Below the pieces are notes generated by a model that saw only the letters and a program-made list of their open reading frames with translations, did no database searches and was not told the origin of the DNA. A program made the position numbers and the translations under genes. DNA of 62,869 nt from Candidatus Korobacteraceae bacterium (lineage in GTDB: Bacteria; Acidobacteriota; Terriglobia; Terriglobales; Acidobacteriaceae). The stretch spans positions 1 to 62,869 of the forward strand of contig JBARGS010000165.1 of the NCBI GenBank assembly GCA_049798495.1, written 5' to 3'. Shown here piece by piece: positions 56,706-62,869 of this stretch (its first letter is position 1; each line of letters opens with the position of its first letter).

Positions 56706-57089
56706 TTAGCGCGATTGAATTAAGGTTGCGGCGACTGGATGTCTAAAGGTGGACAACAAGTTATGATCCTTGAAGTTTGAGACCCGCACCACTCCCACCC
56801 TTTTGGTTGTTGCAACAAGGGTGGGATAGTTATTCAGAGATTCCTTAGACGTCAAATCCTTGACGTCACAGTCGAGGCAATGCTCATACCTCGCAGAGAC
56901 TTTGGAGATTGCAGCGAGCGTGGTGGTGGGTTGCACCTCGCGGTTCTCCCGCCAGCGGTGGATTATGAGCTGTACATTCTTCGAACGGCTTCCTCCGCTC
57001 TGCACGGTTAAGCGCCCAAATTGCTCGATATCTTGACTCTGGGGGAACGTCTGGGGTGGCGGATCAGCCACGAGACACGCCCATCGCAA
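56706..57089 (-). CDS. Hypothetical protein, no recognisable family
   Basis: ORF only. Composition is protein-like, and the local GC appears lower than the surroundings. Confidence 0.3.
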   Translation of the reverse strand: MRWACLVADPPPQTFPQSQDIEQFGRLTVQSGGSRSKNVQLIIHRWRENREVQPTTTLAAISKVSARYEHCLDCDVKDLTSKESLNNYPTLVATTKRVGVVRVSNFKDHNLLSTFRHPVAATLIQSR

Positions 57090-57146
57090 TCCAGTATGTC
57101 CGAGACTGGCTCCGCCGGTCGGCGGTCTGTCGCCATATCCGGCCTG

Positions 57147-58421
57147 TCAGCGCGGCGCCGTCAGATTGTTCCGAAAAGACTCCGTTGGTGCGGGAGTAGG
57201 CAGCGAGATCGCTCGAAGGACTGCTGATGTCTGACCGGGCTCAGCGTTGTTGGCCGGGATGACCGATTGGAGGTTCAGGAGAAGAATTCGGCTGTCGGAG
57301 TGATAGGCCTGGCCGGACGTAGTTTGTCCCAGGAAGACCGGATCGCCACCACGCAAGTATTCCTGACCACTGACCGCGGATGCATAGGTCAGGTTGGCGC
57401 CAATGAAGTCACGTTCTGCATCCACCTCGGGATCGATCCTGTGATTGATCAAACGCCCTCGCTTCGCGATTTCAATCGCAATGTCGTGGGTGGCGGCGCC
57501 CGCCCAGACAGGCGTGCCATCAACCGTGGAATCGGTTTTCCAGATGCGAAGATGATGGCGTCGTGAGACCACTCCGTCCGGATCAGGTAAGGCGTAGGAG
57601 TAGTCCTGTATTCTTCCGAATAAGTAGAATCTGGCCATCGGCAAGCTCTTATCGCTGGTTCCATGCCGCAACAGGTGCCAGACGAATGCCGGCCGCCATT
57701 TATCGGTTCTAACCCAACCCGCGCGCTGAAAAGCTTCCTGCAAGTCTTTTTGTTGGCCGACGAAAACCAGATTCACCATGTCGCCTTCACGTCCTTCGGC
57801 ATTGAAGACACGGGGCGGCAAGTAATCCATCATCTCGCCCAGCTCGGAATGGTTCTTTGGCGAACGCGGTAAACCTGCTTCTAGAATCGAGGTATCGCCG
57901 TCAACCTGCGCGGTGATTTCCGTGCTTTTTACGACCGTGCTGCTGCGGCCACGAGTCAGCAAGAAAACCGGAGTGGCAGGGAGGAAGATCAGGCCAGTAA
58001 CGATCATCGCGCCAACCATTAGCTTAGTGCGGGAACCTCCTTTTACTTCCTTGCTGGCACGCAACCCGACCCGGTCGCCGTTGACCAAGGCTACGGAGTC
58101 GAGTTTCAGGGACACTTGGCCTCCGATGCCCAGAAGCCGTCTGCCCTTGACTCCGGTGACGGAGCCGCGGGCCACGGTTCCGGCCGGAATGACTGTGAAG
58201 CCTCCGACGCTGACATCTTTCACAACGATAAAGTTCAGGACGTCCCCAACGTGGGCGTGAGCAGAGCAAACGCTTTCGGCCAGTCGAAGGTCGATTGGGG
58301 TACCGTCCGGAATGATCAGCCGGGCGGGAATAGCGCTCCCCTCCTGGGCTGACATACCGGGCATGAGAAACATCATGAGGAGGAGGTAAACCGGTATTTT
58401 GCGGGGACACGCGCTGAACAA
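57147..58421 (-). CDS. LssY_C-domain secreted/membrane protein
   Basis: TTG start and signal-like N-terminus. The C-terminal half VNLVFVGQQKDLQEAFQRAGWVRTD...HLRIWKT...WAGAATHDI fits the LssY C-terminal domain pattern. Confidence 0.7.
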   Translation of the reverse strand: MFSACPRKIPVYLLLMMFLMPGMSAQEGSAIPARLIIPDGTPIDLRLAESVCSAHAHVGDVLNFIVVKDVSVGGFTVIPAGTVARGSVTGVKGRRLLGIGGQVSLKLDSVALVNGDRVGLRASKEVKGGSRTKLMVGAMIVTGLIFLPATPVFLLTRGRSSTVVKSTEITAQVDGDTSILEAGLPRSPKNHSELGEMMDYLPPRVFNAEGREGDMVNLVFVGQQKDLQEAFQRAGWVRTDKWRPAFVWHLLRHGTSDKSLPMARFYLFGRIQDYSYALPDPDGVVSRRHHLRIWKTDSTVDGTPVWAGAATHDIAIEIAKRGRLINHRIDPEVDAERDFIGANLTYASAVSGQEYLRGGDPVFLGQTTSGQAYHSDSRILLLNLQSVIPANNAEPGQTSAVLRAISLPTPAPTESFRNNLTAPR

Positions 58422-58693
58422 TGTATGCCGCCTTTGCTGGGAGCCTAGCCCTTACCCGCGACGGCCAAAGATCTCTAGCGCAATGGCGTGCTGGATATGC
58501 AACTCTAACACCGTCTGAAATATCTTGTATGTTCTTATTTGCACACCTTGAGATTTCGAGGGGGCTGACCCATCTGCGGTCGACGAGCAATACTGACCAG
58601 CCTTTGCCGCCTGATTGTTGGAGACTTGACTCAGCAAGGCGCCACTCCGGGCGTTAAATGTTCGGGCGACGCTGAAGTGGCAAGGAGTTCTTG

Positions 58694-59269
58694 ATGAATC
58701 TAAATCTAATGGATCCCAAATTGATCGCTCTCGCCGTCGCGGTGGTTCTGCTAATTGTCATTGCCATTGCACTGTACGTGCGAAAACGCAAGAAGACCAC
58801 GGCAGAGCTACGCGGCCGTTTCGGGCCGGAGTACGATCGAGCCGTTCAGCAACATGGTTCCGAACGCAAAGCCGAAGCGAAACTGGCGGATCGTGAAGCA
58901 CGGGTTGAAAGACTCAAGATACGCGATCTTGACCTAATCGAGCGTGAGCGCTACTCAGGCGAGTGGCAGGCGGTGCAATCCCGCTTCGTCGATTATCCCA
59001 AGGGCGCAGTGACGGAAGCCGACGAGCTGGTCTCTTCGCTCATGCGGACGCGTGGCTATCCTGTGGCTGATTTTGATCAGCGAGCGGCAGACATTTCCGT
59101 CGACCATCCGCAAGTAGTGGAGAATTACCGGTCCGCGCACAAAATCGCCTTGCGCCTTGGCAGAGGCGAGGCTAGCACCGAAGACCTGCGAACCGCGATG
59201 ATCCACTATCGCTCACTCTTCGACGAGCTGGTGCAGGCGCAAACCGTTGGCGATCAAAGGGTGGCGTAA
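58694..59269 (+). CDS. Single-pass membrane protein, conserved stress-cluster hypothetical
   Basis: TM segment LIALAVAVVLLIVIAIALYV, then the charged helical region ELRGRFGPEYDRAV...RERYSGEWQAVQSRFVD. Confidence 0.6.
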   Translation: MNLNLMDPKLIALAVAVVLLIVIAIALYVRKRKKTTAELRGRFGPEYDRAVQQHGSERKAEAKLADREARVERLKIRDLDLIERERYSGEWQAVQSRFVDYPKGAVTEADELVSSLMRTRGYPVADFDQRAADISVDHPQVVENYRSAHKIALRLGRGEASTEDLRTAMIHYRSLFDELVQAQTVGDQRVA

Positions 59270-59336
59270 CACTTAGGATGTGTAAGCCAACGGTTAGGGG
59301 GCGATTGACACCCATTACGGAACGAAGGAGAAAGTC

Positions 59337-59519
59337 ATGATGAAACCGAGCACGGACGACAAAACCACAGGCAAGATCCACGAAGTCAAAGGAACGATCA
59401 AGGAGAAAGTCGGAGAGATCACCAGGAACCCCAACCTGGAAGCGGACGGCAGAGCTGAAAAGAATGCCGGTAAAGTTCAAAACTGGGTCGGCAAGGTTGA
59501 AAAGGCTGTTGGCGAATAA
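59337..59519 (+). CDS. CsbD-family general stress protein
   Basis: GKIHEVKGTIKEKVGEITRNPNLEADGRAEKNAGKVQNWVGKVEKAVGE. Confidence 0.85.
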   Translation: MMKPSTDDKTTGKIHEVKGTIKEKVGEITRNPNLEADGRAEKNAGKVQNWVGKVEKAVGE

Positions 59520-59556
59520 GCGAATCGAAATTCAGAAACGGGGGGTTAAGACATAA

Positions 59557-59826
59557 ATGCCGCAATCAGTCCTGGAACGCACCGGCGAGCACATTGCCGA
59601 ATCAGCACGCAAGGCATCTCGCGCGACGTCTGCCGTTGCAGATGCAATCGAAGATGGCGTACAAGCCGCGAAGCGTGTCGCAAAACAAGGCGGCGATGCC
59701 GCTGAGGAATTTCTTGATGACACAACCAAGCGCCTGCAGCGACATCCTATCGAAACAGTTGTAACAACATTCGCGATAGGCGTTGCCGCCGGAATATTGA
59801 TCGGCTGGATGGCGAAGCGAAGGTAA
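59557..59826 (+). CDS. DUF883 (YqjD/ElaB-like) membrane-anchored stress protein
   Basis: Helical N-terminus and the C-terminal anchor HPIETVVTTFAIGVAAGILIGWMAKRR. Confidence 0.8.
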   Translation: MPQSVLERTGEHIAESARKASRATSAVADAIEDGVQAAKRVAKQGGDAAEEFLDDTTKRLQRHPIETVVTTFAIGVAAGILIGWMAKRR

Positions 59827-59852
59827 CTGTTACCAACAGATCGGATACTAAG

Positions 59853-59880
59853 AAAAAGGTCCAGTGCGCTGGACCTTTTT
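59853..59880 (+). terminator. Rho-independent terminator (A-tract on the 5' side, so possibly bidirectional)
   Basis: AAAAA GGTCCAG TGCG CTGGACC TTTTT, located 27 nt after the stop of the DUF883 gene. Confidence 0.85.
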
Positions 59881-60088
59881 CGCTGGATATCTCGGTCCCG
59901 AGGCTCGTGACGCGAGCGGTAGACTCCAGTATCGTCTCTAACCAATCGCTGTACAAATTATCGACCTCTTTGCAAGGAAAACCCTGCTGCGACGGCCTAA
60001 TCTGGCCGTGACCCGCAAAGTTCCCGGCGGTCAAAAGGATACAGCTAATCGCTGCACCTACGCCTACCCTGGAGTTGAGGAAATACCA

Positions 60089-60871
60089 ATGAAAGCATTT
60101 GCGACTTTAGGAACAGCAGTACTGTTGCTGGCTCTTGGAACCATCAGTCCTGCCTTTGCACAGCAGGAACATGAGGAAGCCAAGCCAGAGCAGCAGCAGG
60201 AGCATGCCCAGCCGCAGCAACCACGTGCGCAGGCGCAGCCGCAGCAGCATGCCCAACAGCAGGATCAAAACAAGCCACAGCAGGGCCAAGCCAAACAGCA
60301 GTCACAGCAAGCTAAGCAGGGAAGCCAGAACAAGCAGGAACAGCAACAGCAGGCCAAGCAGCAGAACGAGAACAAACAGCAGCAGCAGGCCAAGCAGCAG
60401 AACGAGAACAAACAGCAACAGCAGGCCAAGCAGCAGGGCCAAAACAAACAGCAGCAACAGCAGCAAGCCCGCCAGGGCGCCCAGCAGCCGGTACAACATA
60501 CCCAGGAACAACAGCGCGTCCAGCAGGCCGCATGGCAAGGTCATGAATCACGCAACTGGCAGGCGGACCACCGCACGTGGCAGCAACGCGGCGGATATAA
60601 CGGCTACCGTATCCCTGACAACCGTTACAACGGCTACTTTGGCCGGGACCACGGGTTTGTCATCTTCAACCAACCCTATATGGTTGTCGGTGGATTTCCA
60701 CGCTTCCAATACAACGGCTTTTGGTTCAGTCTAGTCGACCCATGGCCCAACGCTTGGGCAAATAATTGGTACGCAACCGACAACGTTTACGTTGTCTACA
60801 CCGGCGATGGATATTACATGTACAACGAGAGCTACCCTGGCGTCGGCATCGCGATCAGCGTTTCGATGTAA
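60089..60871 (+). CDS. Secreted Gln-rich protein with conserved aromatic C-terminal domain
   Basis: MKAFATLGTAVLLLALGTISPAFAQ. About 130 aa of Q/K/N/A low complexity includes three 36-bp repeats (60350-60457, QAKQQNENKQQQ). The C-terminus is GYNGYRIPDNRYNGYFG...FQYNGFWFSLVDPWP. Confidence 0.7.
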   Translation: MKAFATLGTAVLLLALGTISPAFAQQEHEEAKPEQQQEHAQPQQPRAQAQPQQHAQQQDQNKPQQGQAKQQSQQAKQGSQNKQEQQQQAKQQNENKQQQQAKQQNENKQQQQAKQQGQNKQQQQQQARQGAQQPVQHTQEQQRVQQAAWQGHESRNWQADHRTWQQRGGYNGYRIPDNRYNGYFGRDHGFVIFNQPYMVVGGFPRFQYNGFWFSLVDPWPNAWANNWYATDNVYVVYTGDGYYMYNESYPGVGIAISVSM

Positions 60872-61253
60872 CGCGCCGCCTGATTTATCGCAGCCAGGCT
60901 GCAACGTAAAGAACGTGCTGACGGCGAAGGAGCCGAAAGGCATGAGTGCCCGGCATCGATGCAATAGGGAGGTCGAACAAATGGAACATTGGGGGATCTA
61001 CGTCGCTTATGGATGGCTGGGTACGATAATCTGGGCCTTCACGGACGCTGTGCAGGCAATTCGCAAAGGGCCGCAGCCCCAGCCTTCGGCGCCAGACGTG
61101 CACAACTCATGAGTGGCGTCCCGCGGCTTCGGCTCTGTGGCATCGACTCCACCCTAAATGGCCTGATCCGCAGCTAACGGCAAAGCGGTAGTCTTCAAAG
61201 CCCCGATTTGCCTCCACATTTCAGAATTGAGGGAAGCGAGAAGGTTGGCCAAA

Positions 61254-61451
61254 ATGAGCAACGAGGGGTCTGAACAAATGCTAGGTCTGTTGAAAGAGCT
61301 ATCCGTTTATAAAACCATGGATGAGGACTACACGGCCGGCCCTCAGAATGAAACTGCGGCAGAAGGCCATGAGGGACGCGAACGGAGGCGGCGGGAGATA
61401 AAGCAGGAAATGCATACGCTCGCTGCGGAAAGCAAGAGTGAATCGTCCTAA
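61254..61451 (+). CDS. Small charged hypothetical protein
   Basis: ORF only (MSNEGSEQMLGLLKELSVYKTMDEDY...). A terminator-like hairpin lies downstream. Confidence 0.35.
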   Translation: MSNEGSEQMLGLLKELSVYKTMDEDYTAGPQNETAAEGHEGRERRRREIKQEMHTLAAESKSESS

Positions 61452-61564
61452 GGCACGCCGAGGTGTGAGGTTCCTCACCACCCGTAATACTGCCCTCAAC
61501 TAAATGGCTACATGGTCACAGCTATTCTCCCTAGAAGAACCAAACTGGGAGAAAGCTGTGCGTT

Positions 61565-61604
61565 CCAATCGCTTTCCCCGGGTGCACGGGGATTGGCGGT
61601 TTTT
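61565..61604 (+). terminator. Possible Rho-independent terminator
   Basis: CCAAT/ATTGG and CCCCG/CGGGG stems around loop GGTGCA, followed by CGG and TTTTT (61600-61604). Confidence 0.45.
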
Positions 61605-61858
61605 CCCTAGCCGGTCAATCTTGACCAGACGCGAGCTGCCACTCCAAGCGACAATTGCTTGACCTTGAATTCATCAGGTCGTTGTGCGTGGGCAGGAGGC
61701 CCTCTAGGGTGCAACCCGCAATTTGCTCGAGGTATCTCATATAGGAGGACTCGGAGCTGACGGAGTCGGCCGCGATTTCTTAACAAAGATTCTCTTAACA
61801 TCGCAGAGGCGCAATCAGACAAGAGCCTTTGCCGGAATTTAAAGAAAGGCAGAAAATC

Positions 61859-62053
61859 ATGCCCTTAGTTCAAGTTGTACTGGTCCTGATCGTCGTCGGA
61901 GTCCTTCTGTGGCTGGTGGATCGCTTCATCCCCATGGCCGGTTCCATTAAGTCAATCCTGAATGCCGTGGTGGTGATAGCCGTCGTGCTATGGCTACTGA
62001 ATATCTTTGGTCTGCTTCATTCTCTCTCTAGCATTCACGTCGGCCAGCCCTAA
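61859..62053 (+). CDS. Thivi_2564-family small membrane protein
   Basis: The ATG at 61859 gives MPLVQVVLVLIVVGVLLWLVDRFIPMAGSIKSILNAVVVIAVVLWLLNIFGLL. Confidence 0.7.
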   Translation: MPLVQVVLVLIVVGVLLWLVDRFIPMAGSIKSILNAVVVIAVVLWLLNIFGLLHSLSSIHVGQP

Positions 62054-62136
62054 ATAGGCCGACAGATGAATCGCAATAACCTTGACGCCCCGAGTCTGGA
62101 GTTGTGCACGATGACCGAGTACGAGCGGGATCCAGT

Positions 62137-62869
62137 ATGGACACCGGGCTAGCCGTGAATAACGCGATCGGAAGTAAATGTCGAGCGCTCCTGGTTCGCA
62201 CGCTGGCAACGTTGCTAGTAACACTGATGTGTAGCGGTGGCGTGTCCGCATACTCCGTGCTGACCCACGAGGAGATTGTCGACTTGCTGTGGACGCCTGA
62301 AATAAGGCCGCTCATCCTCAAACGGTATCCCGGGCTCTCCGAAGACGAGATCAAGGAAGCTCATGCCTATGCCTATGGTGGGGCGGTCATACAGGATCTG
62401 GGTTACTATCCATTCGGCAGCATCGAATTCAGTGATCTGGTGCACTATGTTCGCACCGGCGATTTCGTTCGCGAATTACTAACGCAGAGCAATGACGCGG
62501 ACGAGTATGCTTTCGCCCTAGGCGCTCTGGCGCACTACGTATCTGACATAGATGGTCACCCTGCCGTAAATCAGGCTGTTGCGATCCAATATCCGAAGCT
62601 ACGGGCAAAGTACGGCAACTCAGTGGAGTATGCACAGAACAAAACCGCGCATCTGAAGACGGAATTCGGATTCGATATGGTGCAGGTCGCAAAACAACGT
62701 TACGCACCGCAGCAGTACCATGAGTTCATCGGCTTTCAGGTCTCCAAGCCATTGCTGGAGCGGGTTTTTCCGGTCGTCTATGGATTGCAGTTGAATGCTG
62801 TCCTGCCGCATGCGGATCTCACAATTAGTTCGTATCGTTATTCGGTGAGTCGAATGATCCCCGAATTAA
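62137..62869 (+). CDS. Zinc-dependent phospholipase C-like family protein, 3' end beyond the window (absent from the ORF track)
   Basis: Read directly: MDTGLAVNNAIGSKCRALLVRTLATLLVTLMCSGGVSAYSVLTHEEIVDLLW...AHAYAYGGAVIQDLGYYPFG...ALGALAHYVSDIDGHPAVN... The frame is open to the last base. The listed minus-strand ORFs here are shadows. Confidence 0.7.
   Translation, partial: MDTGLAVNNAIGSKCRALLVRTLATLLVTLMCSGGVSAYSVLTHEEIVDLLWTPEIRPLILKRYPGLSEDEIKEAHAYAYGGAVIQDLGYYPFGSIEFSDLVHYVRTGDFVRELLTQSNDADEYAFALGALAHYVSDIDGHPAVNQAVAIQYPKLRAKYGNSVEYAQNKTAHLKTEFGFDMVQVAKQRYAPQQYHEFIGFQVSKPLLERVFPVVYGLQLNAVLPHADLTISSYRYSVSRMIPEL

Noticed and set aside
60981-61112. Possible 43-aa membrane peptide MEHWGIYVAYGWLGTIIWAFTDAVQAIRKGPQPQPSAPDVHNS
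   Set aside because: It has a single hydrophobic stretch, no clear RBS and no family that I recognise. The evidence is too weak to list as a feature.

Overview
GC-rich bacterial chromosome segment. The gene content looks Acidobacteriota-like: an ADOP-type permease fragment, a GloVer-repeat remnant, CarboxypepD_reg proteins, a YXWGXW protein and REP-like hairpins. This taxonomic call is inference only. No rRNA, tRNA or CRISPR array was found. Housekeeping blocks: S53 peptidase; hydrolase/SDR genes with a CGNR regulator; a PDZ-TM-GAF-PP2C phosphatase; phbB; an ABC ATPase with an ABC-2 permease fused to an M1 aminopeptidase; ICL2-type isocitrate lyase; sdhCAB; and a cluster of small general-stress proteins. 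Two decayed accessory islands interrupt these blocks. Island 1 (about 8.2-12.9 kb) has an integrase, a WD40 remnant and an IS66 fragment wedged between two truncated genes. Island 2 (about 25.5-32.9 kb) has a frameshifted IS1595, a truncated beta-helix adhesin and a cytoplasmic trypsin-like protease module. Most interesting candidates: (1) a translationally coupled operon at 16347-20745 (unrecognised 778-aa protein, Psd-type decarboxylase, Lgt-like membrane protein); (2) three paralogous small AT-hook basic proteins with a conserved 5' leader, one directly upstream of the protease module; (3) an MtrAB/PioAB-like decaheme cytochrome plus porin pair; (4) a 1300-aa secreted protein with a ligand-depleted 5'-nucleotidase-like domain, a poly-Gly linker and a barrel-like C-terminus. 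At least five frameshifts look like single-base losses in short homopolymers, so sequencing error must be excluded before calling those genes pseudogenes.
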